The notes under the pieces were generated by a model. That model made no database searches, was not told the DNA's origin, and saw only the letters and a list, made by a program, of their open reading frames with translations. The translations under genes were made by a program, and so were the position numbers. This document shows positions 1 to 8,565 of a DNA stretch of 64,000 nt, piece after piece. Source of the stretch: a virus; IMG/VR virus record IMGVR_UViG_3300028654_000015, positions 1 through 64,000 of that record; one strand, given 5' to 3'. Every line of letters begins with the position of its first letter. Position 1 is the first letter of the stretch.

Positions 1-107
1 TAGGTCTTATTGTAATGTTGTCTTTCATAGTGATCATTACACTGCTTGCAGTAGCACCAATAGCATTAACGATTGCATTTTTGATTCATTTTCTACCATA
101 ATGTGAT

Positions 108-374
108 ATGAAACATAACTATGAGATTAGAATACTACCTAATGAAATTCTAATACAATATAGAGAAGTTGATGATATACTAAACCCATTGAAATTTCGA
201 CCTATTCAGGAATGGTTATTGACTCATTTTTCTACTTTAAAAGATATTTTATATCAAGTATTAGAATTTGAAGATGGTGTGTTCAACCACGACATGATAG
301 AAGTAATAACGGTCAATAATACTAGATATGCACTTAAGCAATATATTAGAAATCATGGTAATAGTTGGTTATGA
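108..374 (+). CDS. YGNxW-family paralog 1 (unknown function)
   Basis: TLKDILY helix motif and C-terminal YIRNHGNSW shared with 10 neighbouring ORFs. Confidence 0.8.
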   Translation: MKHNYEIRILPNEILIQYREVDDILNPLKFRPIQEWLLTHFSTLKDILYQVLEFEDGVFNHDMIEVITVNNTRYALKQYIRNHGNSWL

Positions 375-652
375 GTGATATTATAATATATCTAAATGCT
401 AATGTGTTTCCTGGAAGACTAGATATTCTAGATATTACTGTAAAGTATGGTAATAATATAGATGAATTAACATATCTGACCGAATGGCCAGAAGAACTAC
501 CAACCACACCAAAAGATCTTTTGTATCATTTATATAATACTATTCCTGGGTTTAATGTTGATGACATCAAACTTCATTGGACACACAGTCATATCATAGT
601 AACAATGAAACAGCATATACAATTACATGGTAATAAATGGATTGTACTATGA
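371..652 (+). CDS. YGNxW-family paralog 2
   Basis: TPKDLLY ... HIQLHGNKW; start placed at the ATGA overlap (track start 365 is TTG). Confidence 0.8.
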   Translation: MSDIIIYLNANVFPGRLDILDITVKYGNNIDELTYLTEWPEELPTTPKDLLYHLYNTIPGFNVDDIKLHWTHSHIIVTMKQHIQLHGNKWIVL

Positions 653-849
653 TCAATCAAAAGGTACGATTGTATTGTGTACAATGTGATAAGAAAAAAC
701 TATGTCGTGTTTTAGATGATCCTGCTAGATTTCATGCTGGATATGTTTTTGTGAAAATTGAATGTGAGTCATGTGGAATACGAGGTAAAATAACTACAGA
801 ACAATTAGAAGAAAAAGAAGAACACTGGAACCAAATACAATCGATATAG
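637..849 (+). CDS. small Zn-ribbon-like protein
   Basis: CVQC ... CESC pairs; start could be 649. Confidence 0.6.
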   Translation: MDCTMINQKVRLYCVQCDKKKLCRVLDDPARFHAGYVFVKIECESCGIRGKITTEQLEEKEEHWNQIQSI

Positions 850-851
850 TT

Positions 852-1130
852 ATGGATTTTATTATTGAAATATTTCACCACAAAACTCCTGTCCCAGGGA
901 GATCAGAAATTGAGATATTTGTATTGCAAAAAGAAGAGCATGATAACGACTATCATACTATTACAACTATAGATAGTGAAAAAATAACTCTTATGGAATT
1001 ATTATATCAAATTAGAGATACTTACAATGAACGATTTGTATTAGAGAATATTATTATGAACTTAAGATACCAAAGCATTAAATTATCTTTAGTTGAATAT
1101 GTTAGATTATATGGCAATAAGTGGATATGA
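852..1130 (+). CDS. YGNxW-family paralog 3
   Basis: TLMELLY ... YVRLYGNKW. Confidence 0.8.
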   Translation: MDFIIEIFHHKTPVPGRSEIEIFVLQKEEHDNDYHTITTIDSEKITLMELLYQIRDTYNERFVLENIIMNLRYQSIKLSLVEYVRLYGNKWI

Positions 1131-1393
1131 AATTTTCTATCAGAATACAACGAACACAAATAGAAGTGGTGTGGTGTATCAACAAGGTTCCTATGCATTC
1201 TTTTTTCCTAAGAAATTCTACATTAAAAGAGATTTTATATAGAATGAAAGATAAAATTAGAAACGATTATGACTTTAAAGATTTTGTGATACTTGTTGAA
1301 AATTGGGAAATACAACACAAAATTTCAACATCTTCAATAGCAGTAGTCCCATTAGATGATTACATAAAACAATTTGGAAATACATGGGTTTAA
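1127..1393 (+). CDS. YGNxW-family paralog 4
   Basis: TLKEILY ... YIKQFGNTW; ATGA overlap start. Confidence 0.8.
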   Translation: MKFSIRIQRTQIEVVWCINKVPMHSFFLRNSTLKEILYRMKDKIRNDYDFKDFVILVENWEIQHKISTSSIAVVPLDDYIKQFGNTWV

Positions 1394-1461
1394 CAGTTAT
1401 ACATTTATCTCGATATATGCTATTATATAGATAGCAGATTTTATTAATTTATGGATATTTT

Positions 1462-1596
1462 ATGACACACGATTTACTTATTATAGTTATTTTTGGAGTA
1501 CTTAGTTATATTTGGAGCAGGTCACTTATTGAATTTTTTGGATACTTTTTTGTTTTGAATTTACTCTTATATCTTGTTGAAAGAGTTATTCTTTAA
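1462..1596 (+). CDS. 44-aa hydrophobic membrane peptide (not in ORF track)
   Basis: Own translation MTHDLLIIVIFGVLSYIWSRSLIEFFGYFFVLNLLLYLVERVIL; fills the gap. Confidence 0.5.
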   Translation: MTHDLLIIVIFGVLSYIWSRSLIEFFGYFFVLNLLLYLVERVIL

Positions 1597-1620
1597 TATA
1601 GAAAATTCTCATTATATATT

Positions 1621-1908
1621 ATGCCTCAATATATTATGAATCGATATAGTATCGAAATAATTATATTCGATGATCACGTTTTAAATATTAGTGACGCAAC
1701 TATACGAGCATATGATAATTTTTGTACACATAAGATATTAGAAGTTGATCGGTATAGACATACTCTTAAAGATATATTATATGCATTAAGATTTCAATGT
1801 CCCTCATTTGAGGTAAATAATATTTTTGTACAAGTGCCAGAAAAGGGACAATTTGCACTACGTGAATATATTAGATTATATGGAAACGAGTGGCCTATAA
1901 TTATATAA
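1621..1908 (+). CDS. YGNxW-family paralog 5
   Basis: TLKDILY ... YIRLYGNEW. Confidence 0.8.
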   Translation: MPQYIMNRYSIEIIIFDDHVLNISDATIRAYDNFCTHKILEVDRYRHTLKDILYALRFQCPSFEVNNIFVQVPEKGQFALREYIRLYGNEWPIII

Positions 1909-2189
1909 TAAAAATACATCATACTATTGAAGATGTTGAAATTGGCATGACTTATCTTGGTGGAACATATGGTGATGTCTATGAATGTATTTCTGTTATA
2001 AGTAGAAAAGATATTACATTTAAAAATTTACTATACCATATCAAAGATATATTTAAAAAAGATATACCCAATTTTAAAATAGAACCAGAAGCATGGCAAG
2101 TTTATATAATAGAATTTGGTGCAACCACACCTTCAGCAGTATTTACATTAACACAATATGTAAAAAAGTATGGTAATCAGTGGATATAA
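1890..2189 (+). CDS. YGNxW-family paralog 6
   Basis: TFKNLLY ... YVKKYGNQW; GTG start overlaps the Trp codon of paralog 5. Confidence 0.8.
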   Translation: MAYNYIIKIHHTIEDVEIGMTYLGGTYGDVYECISVISRKDITFKNLLYHIKDIFKKDIPNFKIEPEAWQVYIIEFGATTPSAVFTLTQYVKKYGNQWI

Positions 2190-2366
2190 TCATACCCCTC
2201 GTACAAATAAAATGTAATAAACTACATAAAACCAACCAAAGAATCCATTTATTATCATCCAAAGAATATCATGATATGCTTGCCATGATATAAATCCTGC
2301 AACTAAGTTGCCTATCCCTATTGCGCCCAAACCAGTATTAAAATAAGTATTCATAAAAGTATCCAT
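2190..2366 (-). CDS. 58-aa membrane protein (not in ORF track)
   Basis: Own translation MDTFMNTYFNTGLGAIGIGNLVAGFISWQAYHDILWMIINGFFGWFYVVYYILFVRGV; last gene of the minus-strand cassette. Confidence 0.65.
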   Translation of the reverse strand: MDTFMNTYFNTGLGAIGIGNLVAGFISWQAYHDILWMIINGFFGWFYVVYYILFVRGV

Positions 2367-2383
2367 TATATTAAAGTTATTAT

Positions 2384-2620
2384 TTACGCGTGACTTTCTT
2401 CAAACATTTTTTCAGACCTAACTATATCATGTGCTTGTTGGTAAATATCATGACCTAAAGTAGCACCCAAAAATATTCTAAGCATAGAACTGGTGTAGTA
2501 AATAGCATCTGTGCTATTTGTTCTAAATGCTTCTAATATATTAGATTCGATGCATACCAATTGTTTTTGAGTCAATGATATGCCTTCCGGAAATTCTATT
2601 AGACCATATTCTGTTTTCAT
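2384..2620 (-). CDS. hypothetical protein
   Basis: ORF tiled in the minus-strand cassette. Confidence 0.6.
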   Translation of the reverse strand: MKTEYGLIEFPEGISLTQKQLVCIESNILEAFRTNSTDAIYYTSSMLRIFLGATLGHDIYQQAHDIVRSEKMFEESHA

Positions 2621-2621
2621 T

Positions 2622-2834
2622 TTATACCTTTTTTGCTACAATTCTTTTAATTTTATAATCTCTACCATCTTTCATCAGAAAAGATATAGCATTAATTCTA
2701 TTGGAATCACAATCGAAAAAATTTTGTTTTTCATGAAAATGTCCAAGTTGGGTATTAAGATCATTCATAATTGAAATATTGCCGTACTTATCGTGCAATA
2801 TGTTTAGTTTTTCTATTAGTGTGGAAATATTCAT
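2622..2834 (-). CDS. hypothetical protein
   Basis: ORF with AAGGA RBS, tiled in the cassette. Confidence 0.6.
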   Translation of the reverse strand: MNISTLIEKLNILHDKYGNISIMNDLNTQLGHFHEKQNFFDCDSNRINAISFLMKDGRDYKIKRIVAKKV

Positions 2835-2844
2835 TTTATTCCTT

Positions 2845-3033
2845 TTAAATTAAGTTATATGTTAGATTCTGTGTCAGTTCTTCTAAGAAATCTTTTGTGT
2901 ATGTGATATGATTTCTAACATATACCAGATCTTCAAAGTTTAAATTTGTATTGTTTCCAAGATTGAGAGAATCTATAGTCGATTCTACTGAATCAAGTTC
3001 GTCCATTAGTTGTCTTAGTTCTTTCGATATCAT
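2845..3033 (-). CDS. hypothetical helical protein
   Basis: TAAGGA RBS upstream; first gene of the minus-strand cassette. Confidence 0.6.
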   Translation of the reverse strand: MISKELRQLMDELDSVESTIDSLNLGNNTNLNFEDLVYVRNHITYTKDFLEELTQNLTYNLI

Positions 3034-3193
3034 AATTGTTCCTTATGTTTATAAAATATACATATATCATAACACTACTATATTTCCATGACATGACTAC
3101 AATCATGAAACACTAGATAGTGTTATTAATACCTTGATATTATTGATTATAATAGATAAGAAATATTCTTAGAGGATCTACTATGGTTAGTAA

Positions 3194-3222
3194 TTGACGA
3201 TAGTTTTTTGATTTGTTACACT
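3194..3222 (+). promoter_or_regulatory. sigma70-type promoter with extended -10
   Basis: TTGACG-N17-TACACT with TG upstream of -10, in the divergent intergenic gap. Confidence 0.6.
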
Positions 3223-3252
3223 TATACATTGTATATTTTGAATTATTAATGT

Positions 3253-3564
3253 ATGCCACTACCAATACATGTAGAAGTTATCATCAATGAATTATTAGAT
3301 TCGTTCAGAAAAACAGATATCATCACAGAAAGAACTGCAACAAATTGTATTAAATTATATTTCGAAAAAAGTAAATATCTAGATGATGGAAAATTATTAA
3401 ATAAATTGATGAAACTTATAGAAATAATAGAAAACAAATATCATTTAAAAAATGAAAATTTGCATGTGAGTTTAAATGGACCTTCTGTATTTTACAATAT
3501 GACAAAATATCAAAATTTGTTTGCTAAATCAAACTATCATGAAATAGAACTAAGTATTATATGA
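3253..3564 (+). CDS. hypothetical protein
   Basis: 103-aa ORF downstream of promoter, ATGA-coupled to next gene. Confidence 0.6.
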   Translation: MPLPIHVEVIINELLDSFRKTDIITERTATNCIKLYFEKSKYLDDGKLLNKLMKLIEIIENKYHLKNENLHVSLNGPSVFYNMTKYQNLFAKSNYHEIELSII

Positions 3565-3818
3565 CCTTTATAGATCAAAATAAATATACTATATGTCTTT
3601 CAATGGACCGAATAATATTTGTTACACATCACAGACCGCCAGCAGAGATGTTCTATAAATCAGACATATCTTTGAGGGATTTATTATATGGTCATAAAAG
3701 AAGATTAAAAACTACAATAGTACCAGATAACTGGAAAGTCATTATAGAAGATACAACAATAACAGTAGAACTAACATTACGAGAATATGTTCAAAGATAT
3801 GGCAATAGATGGATTTAA
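3561..3818 (+). CDS. YGNxW-family paralog 7
   Basis: SLRDLLY ... YVQRYGNRW. Confidence 0.8.
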   Translation: MTFIDQNKYTICLSMDRIIFVTHHRPPAEMFYKSDISLRDLLYGHKRRLKTTIVPDNWKVIIEDTTITVELTLREYVQRYGNRWI

Positions 3819-4144
3819 AAAATCTGATGACCTTTTCAAATATAATAAATCACAATCAAACTCTAGAAACAACAACTTTTCGATTAACTAGAAAAAGAGA
3901 CGATTGGATTGTTAAACTAGAATATTATGATGAAGCATTACAAGAATATAAAGAACTATTAGATATTTCAATAAACTCTATAACACTGAAAGATGCTCTG
4001 AAAAAGATTAAATATGTGTTTGAGTTGCCCCAGATACATCCAATGAATTGGATTATGGTATATCCATCTAAATTGGACGAAGAATGTGATGACGAGTTAG
4101 AATTACAATACTATGTAAAAAGATTTGGTAATACCTGGCAATGA
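3809..4144 (+). CDS. YGNxW-family paralog 8
   Basis: TLKDALK ... YVKRFGNTW. Confidence 0.8.
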   Translation: MDLKNLMTFSNIINHNQTLETTTFRLTRKRDDWIVKLEYYDEALQEYKELLDISINSITLKDALKKIKYVFELPQIHPMNWIMVYPSKLDEECDDELELQYYVKRFGNTWQ

Positions 4145-4413
4145 ATGTCATATTAATAGCACAACGAAAAACTTCAGTAAATGTATTCATTTGGATACCG
4201 TCAGCCGATCCTGCTCTTGAACCAGAGAAAGGTTATTGGACAAATCTATATACTCTGTTAGATAAAAATATAACATTAAAAGAAGTTCTTTATATGATAT
4301 ATAAAAATCCTGAAGTAAAATTTTTTGATATTACATCCATTACAGTAGGAGATGGACTGTCACAACTTAAATTAAAAGATTATATACAAATATATGGCAA
4401 TTCATGGCGTTAA
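4141..4413 (+). CDS. YGNxW-family paralog 9
   Basis: TLKEVLY ... YIQIYGNSW. Confidence 0.8.
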   Translation: MNVILIAQRKTSVNVFIWIPSADPALEPEKGYWTNLYTLLDKNITLKEVLYMIYKNPEVKFFDITSITVGDGLSQLKLKDYIQIYGNSWR

Positions 4414-4652
4414 CTAATTACATATACTCAATACATATTAAAGATTCTTATATACTAGTCGATCATATCGTTGATATCTATTATACAACTCTATGGCAAG
4501 AATCAAAATTGGTTAGTCTTAAAGATACCTTGTATAGAATAAAAAATCATAATCTAAATTACTTTAATTGGGAAACAATTTATCTAGTTAAAGACAAGAA
4601 TACATGGAATCTAAAAAGATATATCAAAGAATTCGGAAATACTTGGATATAA
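4404..4652 (+). CDS. YGNxW-family paralog 10
   Basis: SLKDTLY ... YIKEFGNTW. Confidence 0.8.
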   Translation: MALTNYIYSIHIKDSYILVDHIVDIYYTTLWQESKLVSLKDTLYRIKNHNLNYFNWETIYLVKDKNTWNLKRYIKEFGNTWI

Positions 4653-4703
4653 TTATACTTATTTGTTGAAAAGTATATATTACTATGATAAAGTATTAAA
4701 TTC

Positions 4704-5012
4704 ATGCGTAAACTCAAAGCAGAAATAGACCCGAAACAAACAAACTTCGAAATTTTTGTGAATACGTGGACTAATATAGGCGAAGTATATGCATCTTATT
4801 GTAACGTGGTACCAATATTTGAATTTGACACATCAGAGTGTGATTTAAAAACAGTTTTATATAATATAAAACAGAAAAATCAAGGATATATTCCTGTAGA
4901 TACCATTGTTTTACATATTGGTAATAATATGAATAGTAATAGATATCGAGTGAAAGATTATATAAAAAATTGGGGAAATATCTGGACCAGATTTCAAACA
5001 TATGGAAAATAA
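4704..5012 (+). CDS. YGNxW-family paralog 11
   Basis: DLKTVLY ... YIKNWGNIW. Confidence 0.8.
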   Translation: MRKLKAEIDPKQTNFEIFVNTWTNIGEVYASYCNVVPIFEFDTSECDLKTVLYNIKQKNQGYIPVDTIVLHIGNNMNSNRYRVKDYIKNWGNIWTRFQTYGK

Positions 5013-5211
5013 AAAGACAGAACTTACTTCTATTGATAAAAAAGATTTGGAATTACTTCTAGCAATACAAGAATGGGCAACAGAAGCAATGAATATTTTA
5101 AGTTTGAATTTGAATGAATTTTCAGAGAAAGAATTGCAGAATGTAATTGAATATCAAACTGTCAATAAACTTTTAAAAATTTACGAAAAATATAATAAAA
5201 ATGTCAGTTAA
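5002..5211 (+). CDS. hypothetical protein
   Basis: tiled ORF. Confidence 0.55.
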   Translation: MENKKTELTSIDKKDLELLLAIQEWATEAMNILSLNLNEFSEKELQNVIEYQTVNKLLKIYEKYNKNVS

Positions 5212-5704
5212 TCCAGATCCATTTAAAACAGATATTTCCATTGATCCAGACTTAAAAGAAATAGCAGAAAAAGTTAGATCAAAATTATTTGCATCGAATA
5301 AAACTTCTATAAAACCTTATATGGAATCTGCAATTCATACCGGCGGATTTAACAAAATAGAAAAAGTATATCATTCTCCTAGTGGCGAAACGAAAGAACA
5401 TGGAGGATATAATTCTGTAGAGTTTGTGTTTTTAATAGATGAAAATCTTGATACTCATGTGATGGAAGACAAATTACGTATATTGTCAAACTTTCTTCTA
5501 AATTTATATGGAAGACAAGGTATTAATTTAACTTTTGATGTAACACCTAGGAACAAATCGTATACAAAAGATGTCATTTATGTTATACGATGTATAATAA
5601 CAGATAAAACTAGAGTAATATTACCACCTAGTATAGTGAGTAGTATCAGAACAATATTCAAAAAAATCTACGAATATTTCGTACCAAAGAAAAATATCAC
5701 TTGA
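5201..5704 (+). CDS. hypothetical protein
   Basis: 167-aa tiled ORF. Confidence 0.65.
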   Translation: MSVNPDPFKTDISIDPDLKEIAEKVRSKLFASNKTSIKPYMESAIHTGGFNKIEKVYHSPSGETKEHGGYNSVEFVFLIDENLDTHVMEDKLRILSNFLLNLYGRQGINLTFDVTPRNKSYTKDVIYVIRCIITDKTRVILPPSIVSSIRTIFKKIYEYFVPKKNIT

Positions 5705-5729
5705 TGATTTCTATCCATAATGTTATAGT
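5701..5729 (+). promoter_or_regulatory. sigma70-type promoter, probably leaderless transcript
   Basis: TTGATG-N17-TATAGT with TG extension; ATG 6 nt after -10. Confidence 0.55.
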
Positions 5730-5735
5730 GTAATA

Positions 5736-6332
5736 ATGACTACCTGGTTTACAGCAGATACGCATTTTAATCATAACAATATTCGCTTCTATTGCGGCAG
5801 ACCCTTTGAAACAGTAGAACAAATGAATAATACTATGATTACCAACTGGAACGCAGTTATACAACCAAGGGATGTTGTATATCATATTGGTGATTTTGGG
5901 TTTGGTAATGTTCACTATTTAAATGGACTTGCACAAAAATTACATGGTACTATCAATATAATTCTTGGTAATCACGATAAAGAAGTAAAAAAAGATCCAC
6001 TATGTAATAGATTTGGTTTCATTAAAGATATGCATATTTTGAAAACCAAACATGATAATAAAACATATGAATTGTTCTTGTTTCATTATGCATGTAGAAC
6101 TTGGTATAAATCAAATCACGGATGTATTCATCTATTCGGACACTCTCATGGTAAAATGCCTCCATATGGACTTTCAATGGATGTTGGTGTTGATACTAAT
6201 AATTTCTTTCCATATTCATTAGAACAAATTTTACAAAAGATGAACACGTTTTCTCCAAAACTTGATTATGATCCTAACTATAATGGAAAAACATACCAAG
6301 AAATACCACAAGTAAAAGAAGAAGATGCTTAG
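5736..6332 (+). CDS. calcineurin-like metallophosphoesterase
   Basis: ADTHF, HIGDF, GNHD, GHSH motifs. Confidence 0.9.
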   Translation: MTTWFTADTHFNHNNIRFYCGRPFETVEQMNNTMITNWNAVIQPRDVVYHIGDFGFGNVHYLNGLAQKLHGTINIILGNHDKEVKKDPLCNRFGFIKDMHILKTKHDNKTYELFLFHYACRTWYKSNHGCIHLFGHSHGKMPPYGLSMDVGVDTNNFFPYSLEQILQKMNTFSPKLDYDPNYNGKTYQEIPQVKEEDA

Positions 6333-6906
6333 TATAATACCGAACAACAGATTTCATTTTAAACTACCAACTTTTCAATATTCGAATTGTTGGATTGCAG
6401 GAGGATGTCTTCGTTCTTCTTTGCTGAACGAAACCCCAAATGATATTGATATATTTGGACCTGATGAAAATTCAATTCAAAATTTTATTGATTTAAATTT
6501 AAATAATGCAAAACTGATACACAAATCTAAAGTACTAGAATCATATATTCTAAATGGGCTCAAAATACAAGTAGTGAAAAGAAAATATTATAATAGTATT
6601 GAAGAGTGTTTAACTGGTTTTGATTATACTATATGTCAATTTGCATTTGATGGTGTTACTTATTTCTCAACACCAGAAGCGGTCATAGATACATATGCTC
6701 ATAAATTGGTTATCAATAAATTAGATAAAGATTTTGTAATAGATTCATTAAGAAGAATGACCAAATATATAAAATATGGGTTTACTATCTGTGATGGTGG
6801 ACTAAAAAATATAGTAGAATCAATTAGATCATTAAAAGATGAAGAAGTTAAAAATCAAATAGAATTCTATCCAAATGGGGGACCTAGAATTAATAGGTTC
6901 GATTAA
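6325..6906 (+). CDS. nucleotidyltransferase (CCA-adding/poly(A) polymerase head-like)
   Basis: IAGGCLRS...PNDIDIF and FDYTICQFAFD motifs. Confidence 0.75.
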   Translation: MLSIIPNNRFHFKLPTFQYSNCWIAGGCLRSSLLNETPNDIDIFGPDENSIQNFIDLNLNNAKLIHKSKVLESYILNGLKIQVVKRKYYNSIEECLTGFDYTICQFAFDGVTYFSTPEAVIDTYAHKLVINKLDKDFVIDSLRRMTKYIKYGFTICDGGLKNIVESIRSLKDEEVKNQIEFYPNGGPRINRFD

Positions 6907-7275
6907 ATGCAAACCAAAGATTATAGATTTTTTAATCTTGCAAAAAAGATATCATATAAAAGTACTCATGATCAGCATAGATTAGGAGCAGTAATAGTAA
7001 AGAAAAATAAAATTATTTCTGTAGGATTTAATCAAGCGAAAACTCACACAAAGTCAAAACACCCAATGAGAACTATACATGCAGAATTTGATGCAATCTT
7101 AAATGTACCTAGAAATGAACTACAAAACGCACATGTCTATGTTTATAGAGAAACAAAAGATGGTAAACTTGCCGCATCTAAACCTTGCAAATTCTGTCAT
7201 CAAATGTTAAAAAGTCTTGGTATACAAAAAGTTTATTATACTTCTATTAATGGATATCATTCTTACGAATTATGA
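6907..7275 (+). CDS. cytidine/dCMP deaminase-family Zn enzyme
   Basis: HAE ... PCKFC motifs. Confidence 0.85.
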   Translation: MQTKDYRFFNLAKKISYKSTHDQHRLGAVIVKKNKIISVGFNQAKTHTKSKHPMRTIHAEFDAILNVPRNELQNAHVYVYRETKDGKLAASKPCKFCHQMLKSLGIQKVYYTSINGYHSYEL

Positions 7276-7484
7276 AAGAAAATAAAAAATTTCCAGTAAC
7301 TATTACATTAAATTTTCAGAATGAAGACGAAAAAGAAGACTTTCTTTCTGGTCTTTCTGATGGATGGGGAGAGAACTATTGTGATTTAGACCATACAAAT
7401 AAAAGAAAACATCATTACAAAAATATAGATTTTAATGTTAAGTATGTCTATAATCCTGAAAGAGATGAAGAAATATTCTCATAA
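7272..7484 (+). CDS. hypothetical protein
   Basis: tiled ORF, ATGA-coupled. Confidence 0.55.
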   Translation: MKENKKFPVTITLNFQNEDEKEDFLSGLSDGWGENYCDLDHTNKRKHHYKNIDFNVKYVYNPERDEEIFS

Positions 7485-7830
7485 TTTCATTAGAGATGTA
7501 ATTTGGTATTTGTCTATAAGACATCTTTATGATTTTCCAGGTAGAATAATAGAAGTAATATCTGACAATTCTGGTATTGATGGATTGCGAGCATTTCATA
7601 TTTTTGATAGTCAAGGGAAAAACGTGCCAACAAGACATCCTAAGTTATTGAAATCATTGCTCACCACAAAATCATGTGTAAATTTGCACATAAAAACCTT
7701 TGCAGAAGACCGAGCAAGTGGTATACTACCTAGAGAAGAGTTTCTTTCATATAGTCATCTAATAAATGCCCCAGATTGGTTTATAAATGCAGTTGAGAAT
7801 CAAAAAGTAAAATATTATGGGAATGTTTGA
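7465..7830 (+). CDS. hypothetical protein
   Basis: tiled ORF; start moved to internal Met (MKKYSHN) to reduce overlap. Confidence 0.55.
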   Translation: MKKYSHNFIRDVIWYLSIRHLYDFPGRIIEVISDNSGIDGLRAFHIFDSQGKNVPTRHPKLLKSLLTTKSCVNLHIKTFAEDRASGILPREEFLSYSHLINAPDWFINAVENQKVKYYGNV

Positions 7831-8062
7831 TTATATAAATTATACAACAAAATGTCCTTCGTGCGGAGAAGAATTAAAAGGATTTCAATCCAAAGATGGA
7901 CCTTGTACTCTTTCGACACTTGAACCATATGACGTTAAAAATTTTTATACATCTTGTAGTAACTGTCATACCTGGGTAGAAGCATCAGTAGATGCAGAAG
8001 TTGAAAAAATTGTTAAGAAATGCGAGATAACTTTTATTACTGATCAACAGAAATTTAAATAA
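7817..8062 (+). CDS. Zn-ribbon phage protein
   Basis: MGMFDY..CPSC..FQSKD..CSNC. Confidence 0.65.
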   Translation: MGMFDYINYTTKCPSCGEELKGFQSKDGPCTLSTLEPYDVKNFYTSCSNCHTWVEASVDAEVEKIVKKCEITFITDQQKFK

Positions 8063-8063
8063 T

Positions 8064-8300
8064 ATGTTAAAAAAACTAGGATTACTATTCTGTCCAAAAT
8101 ACAGGGTACAATGGTACCATGATCAATTAAAAGAATGGAAGACTTATGATGATTTTTTTCGTTTTTCATCTGCGGTTCATTGTATATCTAAAATGATTAT
8201 TGATAGAGATACCGTAGATAAATGGCGAATCATTAATATTCGTAAAAAACCATATAAAGTAATACATTCTTGTATGAGAAATAGAAAAGCATTTAGATAA
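8064..8300 (+). CDS. hypothetical protein
   Basis: tiled ORF. Confidence 0.55.
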   Translation: MLKKLGLLFCPKYRVQWYHDQLKEWKTYDDFFRFSSAVHCISKMIIDRDTVDKWRIINIRKKPYKVIHSCMRNRKAFR

Positions 8301-8530
8301 TGACAAATAGATTCGCCCCAACAGTAAAATTCGTCAAACATTCAGACCCAAAGATAGGAACTTTCTGGGAACTTCACTATTTAAATCATGAAGAAAAACC
8401 AAGATTGATTCTACTAGATAAAAGTAATATAAAAGACTACGAAAAATTAGCAGAATCTAAGCATATAGACATAATTCCATATTCGGATTGTGAAAATTTT
8501 AGTTTTAAACTCACATTAGATGAAGAATAA
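8300..8530 (+). CDS. hypothetical protein
   Basis: tiled ORF. Confidence 0.55.
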   Translation: MTNRFAPTVKFVKHSDPKIGTFWELHYLNHEEKPRLILLDKSNIKDYEKLAESKHIDIIPYSDCENFSFKLTLDEE

Positions 8531-8531
8531 C

Positions 8532-8558
8532 TCAAGTTTTTATAAAAACTGTCGATAT
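8532..8558 (+). promoter_or_regulatory. sigma28 (FliA/SigD)-like promoter
   Basis: TCAAGTTT-N11-GTCGATAT versus consensus TAAAGTTT-N11-GCCGATAA, filling the intergenic gap. Confidence 0.5.
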
Positions 8559-8565
8559 TATTAGT

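Noticed and set aside
7465-7830. Twelfth YGNxW paralog (ends VKYYGNV)
   Set aside because: It lacks the Trp and the TLKDxLY helix. The ending is explained by overlap with the next gene's ATGGGAATG.
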